Translations under genes and position numbers: made by a program
In this document: positions 1-9,346 of the stretch, one piece after another
How positions within the stretch are numbered: the stretch's first letter is position 1
Layout of the letters: the number at the start of each line of letters is the position of its first letter
NCBI GenBank assembly: GCA_041640455.1
Contig: JBEQAF010000006.1
Coordinates: 1-40,095, forward strand
Length of the DNA stretch: 40,095 bases
DNA from: a bacterium
GTDB taxonomy: Bacteria; CALINM01
Direction: 5' to 3'
Notes under the pieces: generated by a model
The model's input: the letters and a program-made list of their open reading frames with translations, nothing else
Database searches by the model: none
What the model was told of the DNA's origin: nothing

Positions 1-22
1 GCAATACAATCTCATCTCTCAT
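1..22 (-). CDS. 5' end of the next gene (MRDEIVL...), probably RuvB, running off the window
   Basis: ATG at 22, 2 nt after the ruvA stop; ruvB normally follows yebC-ruvC-ruvA. Only 7 codons are visible, so identity rests on synteny. Confidence 0.35.
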
Positions 23-24
23 AA

Positions 25-615
25 TCAGCCTTTAACAAGTTTTTTTAAAGCTACTTTAATCATATCCTCAAGACTAAAGGTATCAGAAAGTTCAGCCTTT
101 GATTTTCCTATTGCCTCTTTAGCCTCTTTGACCGTATAGCCCAGAGATATTAGTGCGAGCTCCACATCGGATTCAATCTGTGATGATTTTGTGAGGTGGG
201 GTCTGTCGGATATCTTCTTTGCTCTGTCCTTTAATTCAAACATAATTCTTTCGGCTGTCTTTCGACCTATTCCTGGAACTGCTAGAAGAGAGCTAATATC
301 TTCTTCTACAATAATATTTATTATCTGGTCAGCCTCGTAAAAAGAAAGAAGAGAAAAGGCTGTCTTGACACCCACACCCTTTGCCTCTCTTAGCAATCTG
401 AAGGTGTCCCTTTCTTCCAACTTTATAAAACCGTATAAAGATATATCATCTTCCCTGACAATAGTTTCAATGAACAGGGCTACGGGCTTGTTTATATCTG
501 GAAGCTGTGTAAGCAGTTTAAGGGGGACAAAAACCTCATAGCCGACCCCTGCCACATCAATAATTATTCTGTCCGCTGACTTGACAATCAGCTGTCCTCT
601 TAGATGGGCTATCAT
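25..615 (-). CDS. ruvA: Holliday junction branch migration protein RuvA
   Basis: MIAHLRG...GVGYEV, REDDISLYGF, HhH motifs GVGVKTA and PGIGRKTAERI, C-terminal ALISLGY; next to ruvC. Confidence 0.97.
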   Translation of the reverse strand: MIAHLRGQLIVKSADRIIIDVAGVGYEVFVPLKLLTQLPDINKPVALFIETIVREDDISLYGFIKLEERDTFRLLREAKGVGVKTAFSLLSFYEADQIINIIVEEDISSLLAVPGIGRKTAERIMFELKDRAKKISDRPHLTKSSQIESDVELALISLGYTVKEAKEAIGKSKAELSDTFSLEDMIKVALKKLVKG

Positions 616-1103
616 AATCTACCAGTAATATTAAAAACATTTATGTAATATATTGCAAGTGCTAAAGCATCGGAGGCATCGTCTCTTATATCTCCCCTAA
701 GGTTAAGTATAAGCTTAACCATCTTTTTTACCTCTTCCTTTGAAGCATTTCCATAGCCTGTGACACCCTGTTTTACCTCCCTCGGCGTATATTCAAATAT
801 CTGCAATCCTGATTTTTTGGCGCTCAGTATGGCTATTGCCCTTGCTTCGCCTATCATAAAGGCAGATCTTACATTCTTTCCAGTAAATATTTTTTCAAGA
901 GACAATACCTGTGGAGAGTATTTTTCTATTATAAGATTAAGCTGATCGTAAAGAAAGCTTAGTCTGTCATAAATGGACGGGATTTTATCGAGACTGATTA
1001 TGCCATCGGCAACATGTTTCAAAAGACCACTATCAGTCCTAACTATGCCATATCCGGTCTTGCGAAGCCCCGGGTCTATTCCCAGAACGGTCATGTTATT
1101 CAA
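612..1103 (-). CDS. ruvC: Crossover junction endodeoxyribonuclease RuvC
   Basis: [42 protein letters not shown] catalytic motifs; start could be ATG at 1094. Confidence 0.97.
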   Translation of the reverse strand: MNNMTVLGIDPGLRKTGYGIVRTDSGLLKHVADGIISLDKIPSIYDRLSFLYDQLNLIIEKYSPQVLSLEKIFTGKNVRSAFMIGEARAIAILSAKKSGLQIFEYTPREVKQGVTGYGNASKEEVKKMVKLILNLRGDIRDDASDALALAIYYINVFNITGRL

Positions 1104-1836
1104 TGTTCATATCATCGGGCAGATCGAAATTGGCATAAACATTCTGAACATCATCATGGTCTTCAAGGGCTTCAAATAGCTTGAGCATATTCTGGGCATC
1201 CTTGTCTCTGATCTCCACATAATTTTTAGGTATCATTGTAATCTCTGCCACGCTATATTTCAGATTCTTCTTATCAAACACATCTTTTACCTTTTCAAAA
1301 TCTTCTGGTGAAGTGATTACCTCAAAGGAATTATCATCCTTTTTAACATCCTCTGCCCCCGCATCTATGGCTATCTCCATAAGCTCATCTTCAGTAATAA
1401 CCGATCCGTCAAATACAAAATAGCCTTTCTGATCAAAAATCCAGCTTACACAGCCGCTTTCTCCAAGATTCCCGTTATATTTGGTAAACAGATGTCTAAT
1501 CTCGCCGACAGTTCTGTTTTTGTTATCGGTCATCACATCAACCATAACAGCCACTCCTGCAGGACCGTATCCTTCGTACCTAATCTCTTCATACTGGGAT
1601 TCCTGCAGTTCACCTGTACCCTTTTTTATGGCTCTTTCGATATTATCGTTGGGCATATTTACTGCTTTTGCTTTTGCTATTACGGTTCTTAATCTTGGGT
1701 TCATCTCAGGATCCTTGCCTCCCAATCTGACTGCAACAGTAATCTCTTTAGCTATTTTTGTAAATATCTTCCCCCTCTTTGCGTCAACCGCCGCCTTTTT
1801 GTGCTTAATCTGTGCCCATTTAGAATGACCAGCCAT
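1096..1836 (-). CDS. yebC: YebC/PmpR family protein
   Basis: [49 protein letters not shown] upstream. Confidence 0.97.
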   Translation of the reverse strand: MAGHSKWAQIKHKKAAVDAKRGKIFTKIAKEITVAVRLGGKDPEMNPRLRTVIAKAKAVNMPNDNIERAIKKGTGELQESQYEEIRYEGYGPAGVAVMVDVMTDNKNRTVGEIRHLFTKYNGNLGESGCVSWIFDQKGYFVFDGSVITEDELMEIAIDAGAEDVKKDDNSFEVITSPEDFEKVKDVFDKKNLKYSVAEITMIPKNYVEIRDKDAQNMLKLFEALEDHDDVQNVYANFDLPDDMNIE

Positions 1837-1851
1837 TATAAAACCTCCATG

Positions 1852-2961
1852 CTAACTTATTTTTAATAGATATTGTTCAATAAAATCGTTAATCTCTCCG
1901 TCCAGAACTGCATCGGCATTACCTGTCTCAAACTGGGTACGATGATCTTTAACCTGCTTGTAAGGCTGTAAAACATAGGTTCTTATCTGGCTTCCCCATG
2001 CAATCTCTTTTTTCTGTTCATGAGCCTTTCTCTTCTCATCCTCTTTCTTCTGCAGTTCAATCTCATACAGCCTTGCTTTCAGAAGTTTCATTGCCATCTC
2101 TCTGTTTTTATGCTGAGATCTTTCATTCTGACACTGAACAACTATCCCTGTGGGGAGATGGGTTATCCTTACAGCCGAATCAGTTTTGTTAACCTTTTGA
2201 CCACCACAGCCAGATGCTCTGTAAGTATCTATCTTTAAATCCTCATCTCTGATTTCAATCTCAATATCGTCTTCCACCTGAGGTATGACCGATACGGAAG
2301 CAAAAGATGTATGTCTTCTGCCAGAGGCATCGAAAGGTGAGATTCTTATGAGCCTGTGAATCCCCACCTCAGCCTTCAGATAACCATAGGCATAACTTCC
2401 GTCAATGGTAACGGTAACATTTTTTATACCAGCCTCATCGCCTGCAAGAATATCCACAATCTGGGTTTTAAAGCCCATCTTTTCAGCCCATCTTAGATAC
2501 ATACGAAGAAGCATCTCCACCCAGTCCTGAGCCTCCGTTCCGCCAGCTCCTGCGTTAATACTCAGTATCGCACCATAGTAATCATTCTCATCCTTAAACA
2601 TTTTTGTAATCTCGAGCTCTTTCAGCATTCTGTTAAACTTCTCGAGATTATTCCGCATCTCATTAATAAGCCCCTCATCCATATTTATCTTTAAAAGCTC
2701 TATGGCTGTTTTAATCTCTTCATGGACATTGTTAATCTCTTCCCACTCTTCAAAAAACTTAAGCAAAGCCGCCCTCTCCCTGAGAATCTGTTTGCTCAGC
2801 TCTCTATCTTTCCAGAACTCTTCCTTTGCCACCAGCTCTTCTATCTCTTTTTTTCTCTGCTCCTTTTCAGGCAGACCGAGATGGTCGCTAAGATTGAGAA
2901 ATTTTGCCTCGCTCTGATCAAATTTCTGAATCAGCTCATCAATATTTATGTTTAATCCCAT
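1852..2961 (-). CDS. prfB: Peptide chain release factor 2, encoded in one continuous frame
   Basis: GAGGTEAQDW, SPF tripeptide anticodon (RISPFD), GGQ motif, WGSQIRTYV. Confidence 0.97.
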   Translation of the reverse strand: MGLNINIDELIQKFDQSEAKFLNLSDHLGLPEKEQRKKEIEELVAKEEFWKDRELSKQILRERAALLKFFEEWEEINNVHEEIKTAIELLKINMDEGLINEMRNNLEKFNRMLKELEITKMFKDENDYYGAILSINAGAGGTEAQDWVEMLLRMYLRWAEKMGFKTQIVDILAGDEAGIKNVTVTIDGSYAYGYLKAEVGIHRLIRISPFDASGRRHTSFASVSVIPQVEDDIEIEIRDEDLKIDTYRASGCGGQKVNKTDSAVRITHLPTGIVVQCQNERSQHKNREMAMKLLKARLYEIELQKKEDEKRKAHEQKKEIAWGSQIRTYVLQPYKQVKDHRTQFETGNADAVLDGEINDFIEQYLLKIS

Positions 2962-3012
2962 AGCAAGATGTTTATTTTAAAGAAAAAATAGTTTTTTTTC
3001 TACTTTTTTTTC

Positions 3013-3041
3013 TTGCAATAATTAGCAGGTTATGATTTAAT
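3013..3041 (+). promoter_or_regulatory. Putative sigma70 promoter of tRNA-Asp
   Basis: TTGCAA (3013-3018), 17-nt spacer, TGn extended -10 and TTTAAT (3036-3041), 13 nt upstream of the tRNA. Confidence 0.55.
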
Positions 3042-3054
3042 ATTTGGTCTTAAC

Positions 3055-3128
3055 GGAGCCGTAGTTCAGTCGGTTAGAACGCCTGCCTGTCACGCAGGAG
3101 GCCGCGAGTTCGAGTCTCGTCGGCTCCG
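3055..3128 (+). tRNA. tRNA-Asp (anticodon GTC); 3' CCA not encoded
   Basis: Acceptor stem GGAGCCG/CGGCTCC, D-arm GTTC-AGTCGGTTA-GAAC, anticodon arm CCTGC-CTGTCAC-GCAGG, T-arm GCGAG-TTCGAGT-CTCGT, discriminator G. Confidence 0.97.
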
Positions 3129-3144
3129 CTTTTTTATTTAGAAA

Positions 3145-5262
3145 TTATTTAATTCTCTGTACCAGATATACGCCTTTTACCTTTTCCACAGAGCTTATCA
3201 CCTTGTTTAAAGTCGTCAGGTCAGAAACAAGAATTTTAAAGTCACACACTGCCCTTTTCTCAGGAAGTGTGGATATTTTTGCCTCAGAAATATTTACATT
3301 CTCCTTGGAGATGGCAGATGAGATGTTTGTAAGTAGTCCTGGCTCATCTATGCATTCAACTCTCATTTTGATAGGTCTAAGAATCTTTTTATTGGTATCC
3401 CAGGATGCCTGAATTACCCTATAGGGCTCGGCGTTTAAAATATTTGGACAGTCGGGATAATGGATCGTAATCCCCTTCCCTCTGGTTATAAAACCCACAA
3501 TCGGATCTCCTGGAATAGGGTTACAGCACTTGGCAAACTTAATCAGCACGCCGTCAAGCTCTTTTATTATTATCCCCTCTTTCTGAATCTCTTTGGGCGT
3601 CTCAACAGTCTTTATCTCTTTACGTTTCTCTTCAGGGATCAGATCGTTTATTATATGAAAGGCGGAAACCTTACCAAATCCGATGAGGGAGAAAAGATCG
3701 TTTTCCTCCTTAACGTTATACTTTTTGAGAATGTTAGCCATCTCTTGCTTTGAGAGTTTATTAAGAGAAAGTTCATGCTTTTTTAAAGCTTTATCCAGAA
3801 AATCTTTTCCCAGCTCAATGCTTTTTTCAAGCTGAGATTGTTTTACAAACTGCTTTATCTTGGTCTTTGCCTTGGATGTTTTTACAAACTTAAGCCAGTC
3901 TGCAGAAGGTTTCTGCTGCGAAGAGGTAAGTATCTCAGCTATATCGCCAGTTTGAAGCTCATATTTTATGGAAACAATCTTCCCATTTACCTTCGCCCCA
4001 ATACATTTATTACCAACCTCTGTGTGAATTGCATATGCAAAGTCTATAATTGTTGAGCCTCTGGGAAGTACTATCACATCTCCTTTAGGTGTAAATACAT
4101 AAACCTCATCGGAGAAGATATCGGTCTTAACAGACTCAATAAAATCCCTTGCATCCTTAGACTCTTTCTGATATTCCAGTATCTGCCTCAGCCAGGCAAA
4201 TCGCTCTTCATCTTTTAGCGCCCTTACCCTCCCCTCTTTATACTTCCAGTGCGCAGCTATGCCGAACTCGGCTATCCTGTGCATCTCCTCTGTTCTTATC
4301 TGAATCTCTATGCGTTCTCCATCAGGTCCTATTACTGTTGTATGCAGAGACTGATACATATTTGGTTTTGGTGAGCCAATATAGTCTTTAAATCTGCCAG
4401 GCACTGGCTTCCATGTGGAATGAATAATGCCAAGAACCTGATAGCAGTCATTTACTGTTTTTACTATAACTCTAAATGCAATAAGATCGTATATCTGGTC
4501 CAGCCCGACTTTCTGTCTCTCCATTTTTTGATTTATGCTATAGATATGTTTAGGTCTGCCGCTCACCTCGCATTCTATGTTATGATCTGCCAGAAGTTTT
4601 TTTATAACCTCCTTAACTCGCTCTACATAATCACCGTTCTGGGCAACCCTTTTCTCAATCCCCTTTTTAATATACTCGTAAACCTCAGGCTTGATATACT
4701 TAAAGGAAAGATCTTCAAGCTCTGCCTTGAGCCTTGCCATACCAAGCCTATTAGCTATCGGCGTGTATATCTCCAGAGTCTCTCTGGCTATGGATTCCCT
4801 TTTTTCAACAGGCTGAAAATCAAGAGTCTTAATGTTATGAAGCCTATCAGCAAGCTTTATTATAATAACCCTGATATCCTTAGCCATTGCCATGAGCATT
4901 TTTCTGTAGTTTTCAGCTCTCCTCTCGGTCTTACTCATGAACTGGATCTTACCAATTTTTGTTACTCCATCCACAAGCTGCGCTATCTCGTCTCCAAACT
5001 TCTTTGCAACCGTTTCGTAATCTGCAAGGGTGTCTTCAAGCACATCATGCAGAAGCCCTGCTGCGATGCAGTACTCGTCCATTCTCAGTTCGGTAAGAGT
5101 ATAGGCAGTTTCGAGAGGGTGATTTATATATGGTTCTCCTGATAATCTGGTCTGATCTTTATGAAGCTCGGCAGAGTATTCATATGCCCTTTTAATAAGC
5201 TCAAGGCCTTTTTCGGGTAGATACTGCCTCGCACTGCTAAGAACATCTTCTATGGTTTTCAT
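3145..5262 (-). CDS. rel: Bifunctional (p)ppGpp synthetase/hydrolase Rel (RelA/SpoT homolog)
   Basis: HD hydrolase (LHDVLED, KLADRLHN), synthetase (GRPKH, RFKD, YQSLHT, EIQIRT), TGS (DFAYAIHTEVG), CC/ZFD (AKCCNPIPGD) and ACT domains. Confidence 0.96.
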   Translation of the reverse strand: MKTIEDVLSSARQYLPEKGLELIKRAYEYSAELHKDQTRLSGEPYINHPLETAYTLTELRMDEYCIAAGLLHDVLEDTLADYETVAKKFGDEIAQLVDGVTKIGKIQFMSKTERRAENYRKMLMAMAKDIRVIIIKLADRLHNIKTLDFQPVEKRESIARETLEIYTPIANRLGMARLKAELEDLSFKYIKPEVYEYIKKGIEKRVAQNGDYVERVKEVIKKLLADHNIECEVSGRPKHIYSINQKMERQKVGLDQIYDLIAFRVIVKTVNDCYQVLGIIHSTWKPVPGRFKDYIGSPKPNMYQSLHTTVIGPDGERIEIQIRTEEMHRIAEFGIAAHWKYKEGRVRALKDEERFAWLRQILEYQKESKDARDFIESVKTDIFSDEVYVFTPKGDVIVLPRGSTIIDFAYAIHTEVGNKCIGAKVNGKIVSIKYELQTGDIAEILTSSQQKPSADWLKFVKTSKAKTKIKQFVKQSQLEKSIELGKDFLDKALKKHELSLNKLSKQEMANILKKYNVKEENDLFSLIGFGKVSAFHIINDLIPEEKRKEIKTVETPKEIQKEGIIIKELDGVLIKFAKCCNPIPGDPIVGFITRGKGITIHYPDCPNILNAEPYRVIQASWDTNKKILRPIKMRVECIDEPGLLTNISSAISKENVNISEAKISTLPEKRAVCDFKILVSDLTTLNKVISSVEKVKGVYLVQRIK

Positions 5263-5279
5263 GAATATTTAAATAGACC

Positions 5280-5316
5280 ACCCCTTTTGTTTTCATATTT
5301 TTAAAACAATCGGGGC
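5280..5316 (-). promoter_or_regulatory. Imperfect hairpin in the rpoZ-rel intergenic region
   Basis: mRNA reads GCCCC-GA-UUGUUUU-(9 nt loop)-AAAACAA-AA-GGGGU; the 3' arm holds the only G-rich SD-like stretch before rel. Confidence 0.35.
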
Positions 5317-5334
5317 TAAAAGTAAATAAAAAAA

Positions 5335-5520
5335 TTATTTGCTGATACGTACTTTGCCAGCCGCTATTTCTCTAAGGGCTGTAACAACCTCCCTGTTTTT
5401 TGAATCAACCAGCGGCACACTTCCTTTTTTCAGATCCTTTGCCCTTTTTGCGGCCAGTATGCAGAGAGAAAATCTGTTGGGAACCTTTTCAAGACAATCT
5501 TCAACTGTTATTCTTGCCAT
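5335..5520 (-). CDS. rpoZ: RNA polymerase omega subunit
   Basis: [19 protein letters not shown]...AAKRA...ALREIAAG; lies between gmk and rel. Confidence 0.97.
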   Translation of the reverse strand: MARITVEDCLEKVPNRFSLCILAAKRAKDLKKGSVPLVDSKNREVVTALREIAAGKVRISK

Positions 5521-6140
5521 TCAAATCCTCCAAAAAAAACTTTTTCTATATTTAAATATCTTTTGGTTTTGATCTTTTCAGCCTGAGCAATATGGCATAA
5601 AGCCTCTACAGACCGAGCAAGGTCATCTTTCTTGTTTATTATAACATAATCGTAAAGGTTAAGGTAAGAAATCTCTCTCTTTACCTCTAAAATTCTTTTT
5701 TTAAGATCCTCCTTGCTCTCCGTGTTTCTATCCTTAAGGCGTCTTATCAGCTCCTCCATGGATTCAGGCATTATAAATACTGAAACCAGATCATCAAATA
5801 TATTCTTTGTGCTTATCAAGCCATCCACATTAATTTCAAGTAGCACATTGTGACCTGATTTAAGTATTCGATCAACCTCCTGCATGGAGGTTCCATAAAA
5901 ATTGTCATAAATTTTTGCCCACTCAACAAAATTATTGTTATCTATCATCCTTTTAAACTCTTCCTTCGAAACATAATAATAGTTCTTACCTTCTGTCTCA
6001 CCCTCTCTTTTCTTTCTGGTGGTATGTGAAACACTGAGCCTGAACATGGGATTTTGCTTTAAAAACTCATTTACTATGGTACTTTTTCCAGAACCGGATG
6101 GACCGGATACAATAAGTATAAAGGGTTTGCTACTCAACAT
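5508..6140 (-). CDS. gmk: Guanylate kinase
   Basis: P-loop [34 protein letters not shown]. Confidence 0.96.
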   Translation of the reverse strand: MLSSKPFILIVSGPSGSGKSTIVNEFLKQNPMFRLSVSHTTRKKREGETEGKNYYYVSKEEFKRMIDNNNFVEWAKIYDNFYGTSMQEVDRILKSGHNVLLEINVDGLISTKNIFDDLVSVFIMPESMEELIRRLKDRNTESKEDLKKRILEVKREISYLNLYDYVIINKKDDLARSVEALCHIAQAEKIKTKRYLNIEKVFFGGFEWQE

Positions 6141-6999
6141 TCTGTACCTGCTCCCTGATTTTTTCTATCTCCGATTTGATGTCAACTGCAATCTTTGATA
6201 TCTCCGCATCCTGAGATTTTACTGACAGTGTGTTAATCTCCCTCAAAAGCTCCTGTGTATAAAAATCAAGCTTTTTGCCTGCTTCATCTTTTGAGTCAAG
6301 AATATTAATCATGTTTTTAAGGTGGATTTTAAATCTCATAATCTCTTCAGAAACATCCATTTTGTCAAGATAATAAAGTACCTCCTGTTCTATGCGACCG
6401 TTTAAATTTTCCTTTTCAAAAAACTCTGATAGCTTTTTTTCTATCTTCTGTTTAAGCTGTTTTTTAAGCTTCGGAACTCTTTTTTCTATCTTTGAAATAA
6501 ATTTCTGAAGGCCCACTATCCTTTTCTTAATATCCTTTTCCAGCTCACTGCCTTCCTTGATTCTCGACTTCTGAAACCTGTCCATAAGCTCTTTAAATCT
6601 TTTTATGAAAAGGCTCACACCATCCTTGCTAAGAACCACTCTGTCAGTACTGGTGAAAAAGAACTCCTTTAACATCATTATCTCTGAAAAGTTAGTACGA
6701 TCTTTAATTTTCAGTTCCTTTTTTAAACCCTCTATCAGATCATAAATCTGTCGAATTTTTTCCGAATTTATAACTCTGTCAGGGCTATAATCTTCTATGG
6801 AAATTACTATCTCAATTCTACCCCTTCTGGCGTAGCCGTTTACCTCCTTTCTGATTATGTTTTCAAGAAAAGAGAATGGTTTTGGCATTTTCAGCACCAC
6901 ATCCAGATATTTATGATTATAGGATTTGACCTCGGAATTAAATTTGTAGCCTTCAATCTCAAAACTGTTTGTGCTATATCCGGTCATACTAATCAGCAT
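6130..6999 (-). CDS. yicC: YicC/YloC family endoribonuclease
   Basis: SMTGY N-terminus, [39 protein letters not shown]-terminus; upstream of gmk. Confidence 0.93.
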   Translation of the reverse strand: MLISMTGYSTNSFEIEGYKFNSEVKSYNHKYLDVVLKMPKPFSFLENIIRKEVNGYARRGRIEIVISIEDYSPDRVINSEKIRQIYDLIEGLKKELKIKDRTNFSEIMMLKEFFFTSTDRVVLSKDGVSLFIKRFKELMDRFQKSRIKEGSELEKDIKKRIVGLQKFISKIEKRVPKLKKQLKQKIEKKLSEFFEKENLNGRIEQEVLYYLDKMDVSEEIMRFKIHLKNMINILDSKDEAGKKLDFYTQELLREINTLSVKSQDAEISKIAVDIKSEIEKIREQVQNVE

Positions 7000-7525
7000 C
7001 TTTCTGCTCCCTCAGGTTAATTTTTAATATATCTCTTATTTTATTGAAAAAATCCCTGTATTGCTGAGATCCATAATCCGGATAAGTCCAGTTAAGCGGT
7101 ACAAAACCCTCTTCCTTTTTGTAAATTAGAGTCAGGTCTGCAAAAACTCCTTTCCCCACATATATCCTATGGCTGTAGGGTTTTCTTGTGGTTAGTATAA
7201 CATGAGATAACTCTACATAACCCGGGTCAATGTTAAATTTTCTCTTTCCCCATTCCGAGCCCTTCTCCTCCATCTCCATACATTCAATTTTTATATTAAT
7301 AGCCTCCAGTGGATTGATAATTTTTTTAACTGAAAAAATTTTTCTTTCCAGATTATCTCCAAACTCTTTCTCATAATATCTGGTCTGATTAAAGGGCAGA
7401 AAAGGGGTTTCAAAGTCTATCTCACCATAATGGGCAGAAAGACTATATATAATTTTGCTGATAAGCTCTTTATCGCTGGAAAATATGCTGAAAAATAGCT
7501 TTGCCGTTTTCTTAGAATCATCCAT
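6989..7525 (-). CDS. DUF4416 family protein
   Basis: F..T.YYEKEFG, NIDPGY, HRIY.GKG.FADLTL, WTYPDY motifs; conserved position upstream of yicC. Confidence 0.8.
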   Translation of the reverse strand: MDDSKKTAKLFFSIFSSDKELISKIIYSLSAHYGEIDFETPFLPFNQTRYYEKEFGDNLERKIFSVKKIINPLEAINIKIECMEMEEKGSEWGKRKFNIDPGYVELSHVILTTRKPYSHRIYVGKGVFADLTLIYKKEEGFVPLNWTYPDYGSQQYRDFFNKIRDILKINLREQKDAD

Positions 7526-7530
7526 AGTTT

Positions 7531-8535
7531 TTACAGGTATCTTTCAAGCTCCTTTTTAATCTTCCTGTCCATAAGAGACCATTTTTTCTCTATCTCATCT
7601 GTTGAGGCTGTAGCTGTGCCCATTTTTGCTACAACCACCGAAGCGGCTACATTAGCAATTATACAGCTTTTTATAAGATCCAGCCCGCTACTTAATCCTG
7701 CCGCAACAAGAGCTACCACCGTATCTCCTGCGCCGCTCACGTCAAAGACTTCCTGCGCAAAGGTGGGTATCCTTATATGGCTGTCATTGACAAAAAGGCT
7801 CATCCCCTCTTCGCCTCTGGTAATTAAAAGGTTGGGCAGTTTAAGCTCCTTTATAATCTTTTTAGCGGCAAGAATTAATGTTTTCTCAGAACCATCATCC
7901 ACCATCTTAGCTATCTCAAAGGCTTCCTTTCTGTTAGGCGTAATAAGGTGAAGCTCTTTATAGAGATACTCGTTTTTTACCTTAGGATCCGCAATAAAAA
8001 AAGCATTTTTAAGTTCCTTCTTTATAAAATTTACAAGCTCCCTCGTGATTAACCCTTTTGCATAATCGGATAAAATAACCACATTAAACCTGTTTTTATT
8101 GGCTCTGATAAAATCTTTTATTCTTTTAATACTTGCACCAACCGCATCAAAAGGCTCTTCTCTGTCAATTCTTACCAGATGCTGATGACCGGCTATTACT
8201 CTTGTTTTCAAAGTGGTATGCCTAATTTTATCTTTCACGATACCTGCCGTATTTACATCCCTTTCCTTCAGTATATTCAATAAAACCTCTCCATAACTGT
8301 CTTCTCCAACCACACCACATAGATGCACCTGGCCTTTTAAGGAGCTAATATTTACCGCCACGTTTGATGCACCTCCAGGCACAAAATTCTCTCTCGTTAC
8401 AAATACAACAGGAACAGGTGCTTCGGGAGATATTCTGTTTACCTTCCCCCAGATGTAATGGTCAAGAATTATGTCTCCTACCACAAGAACATCTGCCTTT
8501 TTCAGATTTTTTAAATATTCAGTAAGCTTACTCAT
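7531..8535 (-). CDS. hldA: D-glycero-beta-D-manno-heptose-7-phosphate kinase (stand-alone RfaE domain I, PfkB family)
   Basis: GDIILDHY, RISPEAPVPV, GGASNVA, SDYAKG, TPNRKEA, DVSGAGDTV; ATG at 8535 preferred over GTG at 8547. Confidence 0.9.
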   Translation of the reverse strand: MSKLTEYLKNLKKADVLVVGDIILDHYIWGKVNRISPEAPVPVVFVTRENFVPGGASNVAVNISSLKGQVHLCGVVGEDSYGEVLLNILKERDVNTAGIVKDKIRHTTLKTRVIAGHQHLVRIDREEPFDAVGASIKRIKDFIRANKNRFNVVILSDYAKGLITRELVNFIKKELKNAFFIADPKVKNEYLYKELHLITPNRKEAFEIAKMVDDGSEKTLILAAKKIIKELKLPNLLITRGEEGMSLFVNDSHIRIPTFAQEVFDVSGAGDTVVALVAAGLSSGLDLIKSCIIANVAASVVVAKMGTATASTDEIEKKWSLMDRKIKKELERYL

Positions 8536-9346
8536 CCTTTTCCCCACAGATTGGTTTGTATGATTCTGGTTTTCTATCTCTTAAAAAGGGAAAATACTTT
8601 CTCACCCTATCAACCAGGTTAAAATCAACTTCTGATAAAAATATCCCCTCCAGACTACCAGCAGTTTTGCCAACCAGTATGCCATCCGGTCCGACAAGAA
8701 AACTATTGCCATAAAACTCCTGATGTTTTTCCTTTCCAACTCTGTTTACCCTGAGAATAAAAATATTATTAAGCAATGCATGGGTAGCTATTACCATCCG
8801 CCAACGGCTTTGAGTCTGATAGGCAGAGGCGGTGGGAGAAATCACCAGTTTAGCCCCCTGCAAGGCAAGGGAGCGATAGCCCTCAAAAAAGAAATTATCC
8901 CAGCATGTCTGGATGCCGATCTTCCCTATGGAAGTGTCAAAAACAGGAAAATCTTTTCCGCTTTTAAAATAATATTTTTCTTCCCAGTAGGGGATGGAAG
9001 GAATATGCACCTTACGATAAACTCCAGAAAGTTTGCCACAGTCAAATACCGCTGTTGAGTTGTAATAACTCCTTTTATAGCTTTCGAAAAAAGGTACCAC
9101 AATTATAGTATCAAATTTTTTTGAAAGTCCCTTATAAAGCTTAAGGTAATGGCTTTTCAAACTAATAGCATTTTTAAAGGCTTTTTCTGAAATCTCGGCT
9201 GGGAACCAGGGAGTTAAAAAAAGCTCTGGAAAGGCTATAAGCCTTGCCTCCTTCTCAACAGCAAGTTCAATAAATCTTTTTGATCTTTCCAGATTCTCAT
9301 CTGTATTTTCCTTAGAATGAAACTGCACAGCCGCTATCTTTATCAT
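8528..9346 (-). CDS. Carbon-nitrogen hydrolase (nitrilase superfamily; N-carbamoylputrescine amidase/beta-ureidopropionase-like)
   Basis: Catalytic triad motifs FPELF, YRKVHIP and TCWD; EKYYF; NRVG. Confidence 0.85.
   Translation of the reverse strand: MIKIAAVQFHSKENTDENLERSKRFIELAVEKEARLIAFPELFLTPWFPAEISEKAFKNAISLKSHYLKLYKGLSKKFDTIIVVPFFESYKRSYYNSTAVFDCGKLSGVYRKVHIPSIPYWEEKYYFKSGKDFPVFDTSIGKIGIQTCWDNFFFEGYRSLALQGAKLVISPTASAYQTQSRWRMVIATHALLNNIFILRVNRVGKEKHQEFYGNSFLVGPDGILVGKTAGSLEGIFLSEVDFNLVDRVRKYFPFLRDRKPESYKPICGEKDE

Noticed and set aside
3055..3145. tRNA as a possible integration site for an island or prophage
   Set aside because: Flanked directly by core genes; I saw no integrase and no duplicated tRNA 3' end in the window.
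4420..5142. 240-aa plus-strand ORF antisense to rel
   Set aside because: Fully nested opposite a well-conserved gene, with no motifs and L/F/I-rich shadow composition.
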